From assembly GCA_963842525.1 (NCBI GenBank), contig CAWJGT010000009.1, positions 480,001 to 544,000 of the forward strand: a DNA stretch of 64,000 nt. Reading direction: 5' to 3'. Below, in pieces: positions 30,507 through 40,659 of this stretch. The notes under the pieces were generated by a model that saw nothing but the letters and a program-made list of their open reading frames with translations, did not search any database and had not been told where the DNA came from. How positions within the stretch are numbered: the stretch's first letter is position 1; each line of letters starts with the position of its first letter. This stretch comes from an uncultured Holophagales bacterium (lineage in GTDB: Bacteria; Acidobacteriota; Thermoanaerobaculia; Multivoradales; UBA5704). The translations under genes were made by a program, and so were the position numbers.

Positions 30507-31786
30507 TTGCTCGCCACCTCGCCCATCGCGCGCCTCAGCGATCATGAGCGCCCAGGCCGGACGCACCGGCTCATCCTCGCCTTCGCGTGGGCGGCCTGGT
30601 GCACCGGCTTCTACTCGCTGATGCTCTTCTCGTTCGTCCTGCAGGCGTTGCAGGACACCTTCGGTCTGTCCGAGGGGGACCTGGCGCTGCTGACCGCGGT
30701 CGGGGTGGGGATGACCGGCGCCGGCGGGCTGCTCTTCGGCTGGATGAGCGACCGGATGGGGCGGCGGGCCTCTCTCGCGGTGTCGATCGTCGCCTTCTCG
30801 CTGGGCAATGCCCTGTGCGGGCTCGCCCCGAGCGTCGTCTGGCTGGTGGCCGCGCGGGCCCTCGCCGGGCTGGGGATCGGCGGCACCTGGGGCGCGGGGC
30901 AGGCCATGCTCGGCGAGACGTTTCCGCCCGCTCTACGCGGCCGGGCTACGGCGCCATTGCCCAGAGCGGCGCTCCGGCCGGCCTGGGCCTGGCCGCGATC
31001 GTTGGCTCGTTCGTGGCGCCCGAGGTGGGCTGGCGGACGGTCTTCCTCCTCTCCGCCTTCCCGGCCCTGGTCCTCCTGGCCTGGAAGATCCTGCCCGAGT
31101 CGGATCTCTGGCTGGAGCACCGGCGCCGCCTGCGCGAAGGGTCCCTGCACCACGAGGACCTTGCGCGGGCCCGCAAACCCATCCTGGCGCAGCTCGTGGC
31201 GTCCGACATGGCCGGCCTGTTCCTCCGTGCCTTCGTGCTCACCGGCCTCAACATGTCGGCCTACTGGTTCGCCGTGGTGTGGCTGCCGCGCTACCTCCAG
31301 CAGCAGCGGGGGCTGTCGATCTTCGGCTCCGGCTGGTGGACGCTCACCTTCGTGGCCGGATCGCTCGCCGGGTATCTGTCCTTCGGCTGGGTGTCGGACG
31401 CGGTCGGCCGCCGCCGGGCGTTCGCCCTCTACTGCGTGATCACGGCCGTGGGCCTGGCCATGGTCACCCTGTTCTGGGACGCTTTCGCGTCGCGTCCGGC
31501 CGTGGGCCTCGCCTGCATGCTCGTGGCCGGGATCGGGACGGGCACCTGGTCCTGCTATGGCCCGTACTTCTCGGAGCTCTTCCCGACCCGTGTGCGCGGC
31601 GCGGCCATGTCGGTCATCATGAACGTCACCCGTGGCGTCCAGTTCGTGGCGCCTCTCGTCATCGCGGCCGTGGCCGGCCGCTGGGGCCTGGCCGGGGGGA
31701 TCGCCCTGGCCGCCGCCTTCGCCGCTCTGGCCGCGGCCTGGGTCTGGACCCTTCCCGAGACGGCCGGCGCCCGCATCGAGATCTGA
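30507..31786 (+). CDS. MFS transporter, frameshifted near 30945
   Basis: GWMSDRMGRR and GWVSDAVGRR motif A; ARALAGLGIGG; ETFP; SELFPTRVRG; LPET; start uncertain (TTG 30507). Confidence 0.85.
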
Positions 31787-31798
31787 GCGAGGTCCACC

Positions 31799-33173
31799 AT
31801 GGCAGAGACGATTCGACCGGCAGCCCCTCCCTTGTCCGTACCCGAAGATCCCGGCAAGCCGGGCTTCCGCCGGGTCGCGTCCCGCTGGGAGATCGTCGCC
31901 TTCTCGGTCAACGACGTGATCGGCAGCGGCGTCTACCTGCTGCCGGCCGCGGCGGCGGCGATCCTGGGGACGGCGAGCATCGGCGCCGTCATCCTGGCCG
32001 GCTTTGCGGTGCTCCTGCTGGTGCTCTGCTTCGCCGAGGCGTCGAGCTACTTCGACCGCCCGGGCGGCGCCTATCTTTATACAAGGCACGCCTTCGGCGA
32101 GTTGATCGGCTTCGAGGTGGGGTGGATGACCTGGATCGCCCGGGTCGCCTCGGTCGCCTCGCTCTCGGTCGGCTTCGCGCAGGCCCTGACCTTCCTCTGG
32201 CCGGCGGCCGAGGGAGGATGGGTACAGATCGGGGCCATCGCCGTCCCGCTCCTTGCGCTGACCGCCATCAATCTCGTCGGGGTCAAGTCGGGCGTGCGGA
32301 CCGCCGTCTTCCTGGCGGTCACCAAGACCGTGCCGCTGCTGATCTTCATCGGCGCCGGGGTCTTCGCCGTGTCGCGGGCCGTGCTCGCGGCCAACGGTCA
32401 GGCGCCGCGCACGGGCACGCTGAGCGAGGCCGCGCTCCTCCTCCTCTTCGCCTATGCCGGCTTCGAGAACACCGCGGCTCCGGCCGGCGAGTTCAAGAAC
32501 CCGCGCCGGGACGTGCCCTTCGCCCTCATCGCCCAGATCACCATCGTCACCCTGATCTACTCCGCGGTGCAGTGGGTCGCGCTCTCGACGCTGCCGGGCG
32601 TGGCCGAATCGCAGACCCCGCTGGCCGACGCGGCACGGCTGTTCCTCGGGATCCGGGGCGGGCGAGCTGCTGACCGTGGGCGCGGTGGTCTCGATCCTCG
32701 GCACCAACAGCAACACGGTCCTGGCCGGGCCGCGCTATCTCTTCGCCCTCGCGGAGGACGGCTTCGGGCCGCGTGCGCTGGCTTCGCTCCACCCCCGCTT
32801 CCGCACCCCCTGGGTGGCGATCCTGACGCAGACCGCGATCGCCCTCCCCCTGGCGCTCACCGGCGCCAAGCTGGTCCAGACCGGCCTCGACCTGCCGCCG
32901 TTCCTCCAGGGCTCCTTCGCCCGGCTCGCCACACTGTCGGTGATCGCCCGGCTCGCCACCTACCTGGGCACGGCCGCGGCCGTCCCGGTGCTGCGCCGCA
33001 AATATCCGGATGCCCCCGGCGTGGTCCGCATCCCCGGCGGACCGCTCATCCCCGTGGCCGCCGCCCTGCTCTGCGTCGTCCTCGCCGCGAGCGCCAAGGC
33101 CGAGAACCTGATCGCCGGCGGCGTCGCCATCGCCGTCGGGCTGGTGATCTGGGCCTTCCGTCGTCGAGTGTAA
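31799..33173 (+). CDS. APC-family amino acid permease, frameshifted near 32660
   Basis: VIGSGVY, FAE.SS...GGAY, FAYAGFE...AGEFKNPRRDVP, PRYLFALAEDG, HPRFRTP. Confidence 0.88.
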
Positions 33174-33209
33174 AGCACACTTGACAATTTGTCTCGTCTG
33201 CTTTACTCT
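33169..33209 (+). promoter_or_regulatory. Sigma70 promoter with overlapping candidate XRE operator
   Basis: TTGACA (33181)-17 bp-TACTCT (33204); imperfect palindrome tgtaaagcacacttgaca and a ctttac half-site upstream of a membrane protein-XRE pair. Confidence 0.6.
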
Positions 33210-33249
33210 GGGGGCCATGAACGGTTCTCCTTCCCCGGAGGTGAAAGTC

Positions 33250-33660
33250 ATGACGAGTGCATCGACGACGAGTCCAGACCGGCCCCAGACCGGCTCACGG
33301 CTGCTGGTGGCCTCCCTCGCCTTCATCCTCTCCTACATCGCCGCGATCGCGATGCAGGAGCTCCTCACCTTGAAGGGGCTCGCGGGATTGGCGGTGTCGC
33401 TGCTTCCTGTTGCCGGCTTCGTCTTCTTCATCCTGGAGGAGGTGAAGCTCATCCGGAGCCTCGACGAGCTGCAGCGCCGGATCCAGCTCGAGGCGCTGGC
33501 CATCGGGTTTCCCTCGGCCATGGCGCTGCTGATGCTCCTGGGATTCCTCCAGAGAGTCGACCTCGTGCCGCACGCGCTGAGCACCATCCGCGACGTCGCG
33601 GGGGTGCTGCCGGTCTGCTACGGCATCGGGTTGTTCTTCGCGCGGAGGCGGTACCTGTGA
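33250..33660 (+). CDS. Membrane protein typical of XRE-regulator pairs
   Basis: Four TM segments; RSLDELQRRIQLEALA motif; RBS ggagg. Confidence 0.75.
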   Translation: MTSASTTSPDRPQTGSRLLVASLAFILSYIAAIAMQELLTLKGLAGLAVSLLPVAGFVFFILEEVKLIRSLDELQRRIQLEALAIGFPSAMALLMLLGFLQRVDLVPHALSTIRDVAGVLPVCYGIGLFFARRRYL

Positions 33661-33878
33661 AGAACCGGCTGAAGGTCCTGCGGGCCGAGCGGAGCTGGTC
33701 ACAGGCGGATCTCGCGGAGAGGCTGGGCGTCTCCCGGCAGACGATCAATGCCCTGGAAGTGGAGAAGTACGACCCCAGCCTCCCCCTCGCCTTCAAGATC
33801 GCCCGGCTCTTCGCCAAGCCGGTCGAGGACATCTTCGATCCGGACGGGGACGGGACCGGGGACGTGCGGCCGGCGTAG
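33657..33878 (+). CDS. XRE-family helix-turn-helix regulator
   Basis: MKNRLKVLRAERSWSQADLAERLGVSRQTINALEVEKYDPSLPLAFKIA. Confidence 0.93.
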   Translation: MKNRLKVLRAERSWSQADLAERLGVSRQTINALEVEKYDPSLPLAFKIARLFAKPVEDIFDPDGDGTGDVRPA

Positions 33879-33990
33879 CGACGGCCTCCCCCGCCCGGCA
33901 AGTGGCCCCGTGGCGGGCTTCACCACAGGACCATGGACGCTCGCTGCGGTGGCTCGCAGTGGTGCCGCGGCGTGCAGCCTCCCTGCCCCC

Positions 33991-34017
33991 AGATCCTTCG
34001 CTACGCTCAGGATGACA
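33991..34017. repeat. REP-like half element (GTCATCCTGAGCGTAGCGAAGGATCT type)
   Basis: agatccttcgctacgctcaggatgaca; internal hairpin; intergenic. Confidence 0.55.
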
Positions 34018-34152
34018 CGACGGGTCTGGGGCCCCAGGACAGACTTTGTCAGCTCGCTAGAAGGCCGCGGCGCTTCCTTGCCTCTCAGCCCATTCGGACG
34101 TACTGTAAGACGCACGATCGCGGCGGCGCGCTTTGCGATCGAGGAGGTCGGC

Positions 34153-34908
34153 ATGTCCGGATTGTTGGAGAAAAAGGTTGCTCTGGTCACGGGAGCCGGG
34201 TCGGGGATCGGGCGCGACATCGCCTACCGCTTCGCCGCGGAGGGGGCCGCCGTCGCCGTCTCCGACATCGACGAGGCCGGCGGCGGGGAGACGGCCGCGA
34301 AGATCGGCGAGCGGGGCGGGCGGGCGATCTTTGTACGGGCGGACACTTCGAAGCCCGAGGACAACGAGACCCTCGTGCGCACCGCGGTCGCCGAGCTCGG
34401 CGGGCTCCATGTCGCGGTGAACAACGCCGGGATCGGCGGGCCGTCGGCGCCGGTCGGCGAGTATCCGCTCGACGGCTGGGACCGCGTCATCGCGGTGAAC
34501 CTGTCCGGAGTCTTCTACGGCATGCGCTACCAGATCCCTGCGCTGCTCGAGGCGGGCGGCGGCTCGATCGTCAACATGGCCTCGGTGCTCGGCCAGGTGG
34601 GATTCCGCGATTCGTCCGCCTACGTCGCGGCGAAGCACGGCGTCGTCGGGCTGACGAAGAGCGCCGCCCTGGAGTACGGTCAGCGCGGGATCCGCGTCAA
34701 CGCGGTCGGCCCCGGATTCATCAAGACGCCTCTGCTGGAAAAGAACATGACGCCCGAAGCGCTCCGGATGCTCGAAGGGATGCACGCCCTCGGCCGTCTG
34801 GGAGAGTCGCCCGAGGTGACGGAGCTCGTGCTCTGGCTCGCCTCCGACCGCGCGTCGTTCGTCACCGGGAGCTATCACGCGGTCGACGGCGGCTATCTGG
34901 CCCAGTGA
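34153..34908 (+). CDS. Short-chain dehydrogenase/reductase
   Basis: TGAGSGIG, NNAGI, YVAAKHG (YxxxK), VNAVGPG, VDGG. Confidence 0.93.
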   Translation: MSGLLEKKVALVTGAGSGIGRDIAYRFAAEGAAVAVSDIDEAGGGETAAKIGERGGRAIFVRADTSKPEDNETLVRTAVAELGGLHVAVNNAGIGGPSAPVGEYPLDGWDRVIAVNLSGVFYGMRYQIPALLEAGGGSIVNMASVLGQVGFRDSSAYVAAKHGVVGLTKSAALEYGQRGIRVNAVGPGFIKTPLLEKNMTPEALRMLEGMHALGRLGESPEVTELVLWLASDRASFVTGSYHAVDGGYLAQ

Positions 34909-34974
34909 GGAGAACGACCATGACGCCCAGGGAAAGCTGAACTCGCGCTCGCCATCGTCGTGGCGTTCGTCAGG

Positions 34975-35075
34975 AGGGCGACGAGGTGATCGCCGCGACC
35001 ATCAACGGCGCGGACGCGCTGCGCGTGGAGATGACGGGGACGGGCGAGAACACGAGGCTCTCCGGCATCATGCGG
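34975..35075 (+). pseudogene. Heavy-metal P-type ATPase fragment
   Basis: EGDEVIAATINGADALRVEMTGTGENTRLSGIMR resembles the P1B-ATPase actuator segment; rest of gene absent. Confidence 0.55.
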
Positions 35076-35084
35076 CGCAGGTTC

Positions 35085-35285
35085 CTAGGGAGCCTTGGTA
35101 GGCGGAGTCGTAGGCTCGACCGCGGCCGGCTCCACGGGCTCGCCGCCGGTGTCTCCCAAGCCCAGCGTCCAGAACGGTGGGTCGCTGGCCGGGAACGACC
35201 CCGTCAGCGCCTCGTCGACGGCGGCTTGGGGAGGTTCGGTCTCGGCGTCACGAACCTGCTTGAGATGTGAGCATATTTGGGCCAT
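35085..35285 (-). CDS. Small protein with SFPASDPP motif
   Basis: VDEALTGSFPASDPPFWT; RBS gaggag. Confidence 0.55.
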   Translation of the reverse strand: MAQICSHLKQVRDAETEPPQAAVDEALTGSFPASDPPFWTLGLGDTGGEPVEPAAVEPTTPPTKAP

Positions 35286-35376
35286 CGGTCGCTCCTCTTC
35301 TGCGCGGCGCCTTCCTAGAGTAGCGCATGGGAGGGGTGGGTGCGAGAAACTGGCGGCGCAGCCCGCGCCGCGGAGC

Positions 35377-35600
35377 TCGCAACCGCACCGGCGTGTACGG
35401 TACGCTGCCCTATGCGGCCGGCGGCATCGTCCTCTGGCTCCTCCTTCACGAGGCCGGATTGCATGCCACGCTGATGTCCGCGATCACGCTCGGCCTGGTT
35501 GCCGGCAAGCCGGTCGGGATCGTGCTGGCCGCGTCGCTCGCCGGCTGGACTGGGCATCGCGACCAAACCGGAAGCGTACTCGTGGCGTCAATTGGTCGGC
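35377..35600 (+). pseudogene. nhaA: NhaA antiporter fragment, internally deleted
   Basis: [16 protein letters not shown]...GLHATL joined directly to [14 protein letters not shown]... Confidence 0.7.
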
Positions 35601-35719
35601 GGTCGCCGCGTGGAATCCGGGCGCTATGCAGCCGGAAGACCTCGCGGGCGCAGCATCAGATGCAAACCCAAGCGACCCTGCGGTCGACGGCGACGGCACG
35701 CCGGGTCGCCGCTGGCGAA

Positions 35720-35917
35720 ATGGTGGCGATTCCTCTCACGACCGTCTCCGTGCAGGGGAATTTCGACGCCTGGATCGACGTCCAGTTTCCGGCGCCGGGA
35801 CGAATCGTCACGGCATCGCTTCTCGTCGACTCCGGCAGTACGACGATGATCATCCCGAATGGCGAGGACCTTGTCGGCGTCCCTGGTTACAAGATCCTCG
35901 GAACAGCGACCGAACCC
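35720..35917 (+). pseudogene. Aspartic-protease-like N-terminal fragment
   Basis: ...ASLLVDSGSTTMIIP (DSG motif); interrupted by inverted nhaA sequence. Confidence 0.4.
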
Positions 35918-36830
35918 TGGCCGGCGACCAGGCCGAGCGTGATCGCGGAGATCAGCCGTCCGTGGCCCTCGAACACGCCGAGCGACCAGGCCACGCCCGC
36001 ATTCGCCAGCGCAAAGATCGGAAGCACCACATAGCTCGACCACGGCTCGACGGATCGAAGGAGCTTGTCGGCAGGCGACTCGATCCGGGTATGGATGGCG
36101 TCGAGCGCGCGCAGGGCCGGCTCGGAGGGCCCGGGCCGCATCGCTTCGCCGGCGTGGCTGTCCTCCCGGTGGATCACCGTTGACGCCTGGGCCAGCAGAG
36201 CGTTCAGGTTCGCCGGCGGGCGCGTGGGGATGAGCACGGCCAGGATCACGCCCGCCAGCGTGGCATGCAATCCGGCCTCGTGGAGGAGGAGCCAGAGGAC
36301 GATGCCGCCGGCCGCATAGGGCAGCGCTCGTCCCAGGTGCCCCTATAGCGACGGCCGCCGATGAAGAACGTGGGCGTCACCCGTGCGCCGCTGCGCTGCG
36401 CGCTCTCGATGTCCTCGCGCACCCGCGCCCGCGCCGCCGACAGGTCGGGCTCGTGCGCTGCGTCGATCGGCGGCAGGTCGAAGTCCCGCGCGATCCGGTC
36501 GAGATCGTCCTGCGAGAACGCCGGACCTCGCTCCATCAGCGCCTCGTGAACCTCCCAGAATTGGCCGGTCGTTAGGGCCGCATGTTCCGCGAGCTCTGAG
36601 GCGCGGCCCGCGCTCGCGCTGCTGGCGACGGGCAGATGGCGAAACACGTACCGCATTCGCTCGCCGAACCGGCTGCGGAGCCCCTCGACGACCTCGTGAA
36701 CCGCGTGACATTGAGGGCACGCATAGCTGCCATACTCGACCAGGGTCATTTCCGCATCGGCCGGCCCGAGTACGTGATCGCGGGAAACATCGACCGCAGG
36801 ATCGAGGCGGGTCGGATTCGCGTCAGCCAT
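35918..36830 (-). pseudogene. nhaA: DsbA/thioredoxin-NhaA fusion remnant
   Basis: DHVLGP..A..TLVEYGSYACPQC...FRHLP...TPTFFI (DsbA-like), then a large deletion, then [10 protein letters not shown]...SP...L...[20 protein letters not shown] (NhaA). Confidence 0.75.
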
Positions 36831-37013
36831 GATGGCAGGAGCGTATATCACGCTCTTCTCGGGCTGCGAGCGACCTGGCAGCGCAACTAGCTGTCGCCTC
36901 TCAGCCCGCCGCCGCCAGCGAGGTATGCGATCATGAACGATCAAGCGGCTGCGCCAGGAATGTCGGAGCAAGCCGTTCCTGTCTCGCGGGCTGCACCCTG
37001 GACATAGTGCGCA

Positions 37014-37459
37014 ATGCTTGACGCAACGCTCCTGACGAACTCGGCGCTCCTGCTGGCGCTGGACCTCATCGGGACCTTCGTCTTCGCGATCAGCGGCGCG
37101 GCGTCTGGTGTGAAGAGCCGGCTTGATGTGTTTGGTGTGAGCGTCCTCGCGTTCGTGGCGGGGAATGTAGGGGGAATGGCCCGTGACGTATCGGCGGTGG
37201 CATGATGCGCGATTTGCTCGTCAGGGAAATTCCGGTCGTGCTTCGCGCTGACTTCTACGCCGTCGCCGCGCTCGCGGGCGCAGCGGTCGTCGCGGCCGGA
37301 CACTTGCTCCACTGGCCACCCGTTCCGACGGCGATAGCGGGCGCGTGCGTGTGTTTCTTCATGCGCCTCTCCGCGATCCGACGTGGCTGGAGGCTTCCGG
37401 TCGCCAATGGCGACGCCGGACACCCCTCGGCGACGCCAAAGGGCCGCCCGCTCGGATAA
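37014..37459 (+). pseudogene. Trimeric intracellular cation channel (UPF0126) gene, internally deleted
   Basis: LDLIGTFVFAISGA...LDVFG...GGMARD, then MMRDLLVREIPVVLRADFYA; middle helices missing. Confidence 0.75.
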
Positions 37460-37484
37460 GCTCTCCTCCCGGAGGAGAGCTGTC

Positions 37485-37853
37485 ATGAACCCCAACTGGA
37501 TCGTCCTCGGCGCCCTCCTGGGCGCCGTCTCCGTGATCGCCGGCGCCTTCGGCGCCCATGCCCTGGCGGCGCGCCTGGAGCCGCGGTCTCTCGAGCTGTG
37601 GGAGACCGCGGCCCGCTACCTGATGTACGGCGCGCTCTCGCTCATCCTCGTCGGGCTCTTCGCGCGGCAGGGTGCGGCACGGGGAGTGGCCGGCGCCGGC
37701 TGGTGCCTGCTGCTCGGCAGCCTGGTCTTCAGCGGCACCGTCTTCGTGCTGGCCCTCGGCGGCCCCCGGTGGCTGGGGGCGGTCACCCCGATCGGCGGGA
37801 CGCTCTTGATCGCCGGGTTGCTCATCTTCGCCTGGGCCGCCCTGCGCGGCTGA
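37485..37853 (+). CDS. DUF423 membrane protein
   Basis: GAFGAHAL, WETAARY, FSGT, GAVTPIGG. Confidence 0.92.
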   Translation: MNPNWIVLGALLGAVSVIAGAFGAHALAARLEPRSLELWETAARYLMYGALSLILVGLFARQGAARGVAGAGWCLLLGSLVFSGTVFVLALGGPRWLGAVTPIGGTLLIAGLLIFAWAALRG

Positions 37854-37858
37854 GCCGG

Positions 37859-38155
37859 ATGCCGAGCCTCCACTTCCACGCCCGGACGCAGAGGGACTTC
37901 GAGGCCTTCCGCGCCGAGATGGAGCGTGCCCTCCGGGACGCCGCGGACAAGGGGCTGCGCCACGAATGGCACGGCCGCACCCTGCGGATCACTGCGCCGG
38001 GGGCCAAGGGCTTCATCGTCTTCGACGGCGGCTCGATCGCGGCGCAGGTCCAGCTCGGCTTTCCGGCGACCCTGGTCCGGGACCGGATCGCCGACGAGGT
38101 CCGCCGCATCCTCGAACGGGTGGCTGAGGGCCCGGTGACCGTGGACGAGGTTTAG
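37859..38155 (+). CDS. Small protein, polyhydroxyalkanoate-system-associated-like
   Basis: EWHGRTLRITAPGAKGFI...V.LGFPA...RI..EV; weak family resemblance. Confidence 0.5.
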   Translation: MPSLHFHARTQRDFEAFRAEMERALRDAADKGLRHEWHGRTLRITAPGAKGFIVFDGGSIAAQVQLGFPATLVRDRIADEVRRILERVAEGPVTVDEV

Positions 38156-38193
38156 AGATACGATCCGGTGTCCAGAAGGGCCAGGAGGAATTC

Positions 38194-39825
38194 ATGTCGA
38201 ATGCGATCTTTCACCTCGCCGCCCCGGTCAACGAGCCGGTCCGCTCGTACGCGCCGGGATCGGCAGAGAAGAAGTCCTTGAAGAAACGGCTCGACGACAT
38301 GCTCGGCGAGCAGATCGAGATCCCCCTCATCATCGGCGGGCGCGAGGTGCGGACCGGCGATACGGCCACCGCCGTCTGCCCGCACGACCACGGCCACGTT
38401 CTCGCCACCTACCACCAGGCCGGGCCCGCCGAGGTGGCCGCTGCCGCCGACGCCGCGAAGGAGGCCTGGCACGACTGGTCGGAGATGCCCTGGGAGGACC
38501 GCGCCGCGATCCTGCTGCGCGCCGCCGACCTGCTCGCCGGCCCGTGGCGCGACACCGTGAACGGCGCCACCATCCTCAACCAGTCGAAGACGGTCTTCCA
38601 GGCGGAGATCGATTCCGCCTGCGAGATGATCGACTTCTTCCGCTTCAACCCCTACTACATGCAGCAGATCTACAAGGACCAGCCGGTGTCCTCGCCGGGC
38701 ATCTGGAACCGGGTCGAGTACCGCGCGCTCGAAGGGTTCGTCTTCGCCGTGACGCCGTTCAACTTCACCGCGATCGGCGGCAACCTGTCGACCTCGCCGG
38801 CGCTCATGGGCAATACCGTCCTCTGGAAGCCGGCCTCGTCCGCGGTCTATTCCGGCTACTGGACCATGAAGCTCCTCCAGGCGGCGGGCATGCCGGACGG
38901 CGTCATCAACTTCCTCCCCGGCCGGGCGAGCAAGGTGGGAGACCCGGTGCTCGCGCACCCCGACTTCGCCGGCATCCACTTCACGGGCTCGACCCCTGTC
39001 TTCCAGGCGATGTGGAAGACGATCGCCGAGAGCCTCCCCAGGTACCGCTCCTATCCGCGGATCGTGGGGGAGACCGGTGGCAAGAACTTTGTCTTCGCGC
39101 ATCCGTCCGCCAACGTGCCCGCCTACGTGACGGCGCTGGTCCGCGGCTCGTTCGAATACCAGGGTCAGAAGTGCTCGGCGGGCTCGCGGGCGTATGTGCC
39201 GAGCTCGCTTTGGCCCAAGGTCCGGGAGATGCTCGTCGACCAGATCAAGGAGATCGACATGGGCACGCCGCTCGACTTCCGCAACTTCATGGCGGCGGTC
39301 ATCGACGAGCCCTCGTTCGACCGGATCATGGGCTACATCGACCACGCGAAGAATTCGAGCGAAGCCGAGATCCTGACCGGCGGCAACGGCGACAAGAGCG
39401 AGGGCTACTTCGTCGAACCGACCGTGGTGGTGACGACCAATCCGCACTTCAAGCTGATGCAGGAGGAGATCTTCGGCCCGGTCCTCACGCTCTACGTCTA
39501 CGAGGACGCGGACCTCGACAAGACCCTCGACCTGGTGGACACCACGAGCCCCTACGCCCTGACCGGCGCCATCTTCGCCGAGGACCGCAAGGAGGTCGAG
39601 CGCCTCGCCAAGCGGCTCCGGCACGCGGCCGGCAACTTCTACGTCAACGACAAGTCGACCGGGGCGGTGGTGGGCCAGCAGCCGTTCGGCGGCGCCCGCG
39701 CCTCGGGCACCAACGACAAGGCCGGCTCCATGGTGAACCTGCTGCGCTGGACCTCGCTGCGAGCGATCAAGGAGAGCTACGTGTCGCCCACGGAGTTCCG
39801 CTATCCGCACATGGGGGAGAAGTAA
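38194..39825 (+). CDS. pruA: L-glutamate gamma-semialdehyde (P5C) dehydrogenase
   Basis: NEPVRSYAPGS, AEIDSACE, PFNFTAI, FTGST, GETGGKNF, FEYQGQKCSA, EEIFGP, QPFGGARASGTNDKAG. Confidence 0.95.
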   Translation: MSNAIFHLAAPVNEPVRSYAPGSAEKKSLKKRLDDMLGEQIEIPLIIGGREVRTGDTATAVCPHDHGHVLATYHQAGPAEVAAAADAAKEAWHDWSEMPWEDRAAILLRAADLLAGPWRDTVNGATILNQSKTVFQAEIDSACEMIDFFRFNPYYMQQIYKDQPVSSPGIWNRVEYRALEGFVFAVTPFNFTAIGGNLSTSPALMGNTVLWKPASSAVYSGYWTMKLLQAAGMPDGVINFLPGRASKVGDPVLAHPDFAGIHFTGSTPVFQAMWKTIAESLPRYRSYPRIVGETGGKNFVFAHPSANVPAYVTALVRGSFEYQGQKCSAGSRAYVPSSLWPKVREMLVDQIKEIDMGTPLDFRNFMAAVIDEPSFDRIMGYIDHAKNSSEAEILTGGNGDKSEGYFVEPTVVVTTNPHFKLMQEEIFGPVLTLYVYEDADLDKTLDLVDTTSPYALTGAIFAEDRKEVERLAKRLRHAAGNFYVNDKSTGAVVGQQPFGGARASGTNDKAGSMVNLLRWTSLRAIKESYVSPTEFRYPHMGEK

Positions 39826-39858
39826 GGGGTAGACTGGATCGCAGAGGAGGATCCCAGA

Positions 39859-40065
39859 ATGCGCAGGACTTTCACCCTCGAATACTGGCAGGATGAGGGC
39901 TGGTACGTCGGTCGTCTCAAGGAGGTGCCGGGTGTCTTCAGCCAGGGAGAGTCTCTTCCAAAGCTGGAGGAGAACATCCGGGATGCCTATGAGTTGGTGC
40001 TCGAAGATGCCGCGGACTCGGATCGGCATGGCGCACAGCTCAAGGAGATCGAGGTCGAGGTTTGA
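39859..40065 (+). CDS. hicB: HicB-family antitoxin
   Basis: YWQDEGWYVGRLKEVPGVFSQGESL..LEENIRDA. Confidence 0.88.
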   Translation: MRRTFTLEYWQDEGWYVGRLKEVPGVFSQGESLPKLEENIRDAYELVLEDAADSDRHGAQLKEIEVEV

Positions 40066-40241
40066 AGCGTAGCTCCTTTCTCCAGGAGCTGAGCCGGGCG
40101 GGATGCCGTCTCCACAGGCACGGGAAGAAGCACGACCTGTGGGTGAATCCGGTGACCAGCCTGAAAGCCCCGGTTCCCCGTCACACCGAGCTCAAGGATC
40201 GCCTTTGCGAGCTCATCCGTAAGCAGCTTGGGCTGGCTTGA
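40062..40241 (+). CDS. hicA: HicA-family toxin
   Basis: Hand translation, 59 aa from TTG: MKRSSFLQELSRAGCRLHRHGKKHDLWVNP...APVPRHTELKD...IRKQLG; overlaps the hicB stop. Confidence 0.88.
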   Translation: MKRSSFLQELSRAGCRLHRHGKKHDLWVNPVTSLKAPVPRHTELKDRLCELIRKQLGLA

Positions 40242-40373
40242 GGCATAGCAGAACCTGCTGCGCTGGACCTCGCTACGGGCGATCAAGGAGAGCTACGTGC
40301 CGCCCACGGAGCTCTGCTATCCGCACATGGGGGAGAAATAGGGAGTAGACTGCCGAGGCAGAGGAGACTTCCC

Positions 40374-40592
40374 ATGATGCGTAGAACCTTGACCCTTGAG
40401 TATTGGCAGGACGAGGGTTGGTACGTCGGCCATCTCAAGGATGTGCCGGGTGTGTTCAGCCAGGGAGAGTCGCTGGCAGAGCTGGAAGAGAACATCCGCG
40501 ATACCTACCAGCAGGTGCTCGGGCGGGCCGAAGAGTCCGACAAGATGACGGAGCTCCTGCTGACTCCGATTGAGCGGCTATTGCCAATGTGA
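40374..40592 (+). CDS. hicB: Second HicB-family antitoxin, no toxin partner
   Basis: Near-identical N-terminal ~45 aa to 39859-40065; unrelated tail; no hicA follows. Confidence 0.75.
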   Translation: MMRRTLTLEYWQDEGWYVGHLKDVPGVFSQGESLAELEENIRDTYQQVLGRAEESDKMTELLLTPIERLLPM

Positions 40593-40659
40593 GGCGAGCA
40601 GGTCGATCCCTGCTCGCCGACCCCGCCCTGGTCTTTCGTCTCATCCCTTCCCGCTGCTG

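Larger units (their letters stand above)
39735..40508 (+). repeat. Diverged direct repeat: pruA 3' end + hicB 5' part (39735-39990 vs 40251-40508)
   Basis: gaacctgctgcgctggacctcgct...ccgcacatgggggagaa occurs twice, each copy followed by a hicB-like start. Confidence 0.9.

Noticed and set aside
34907-34923. gaggagaacgaccatga shared with 24841-24857
   Set aside because: Only a Shine-Dalgarno plus start context; too short to imply a recombination site.
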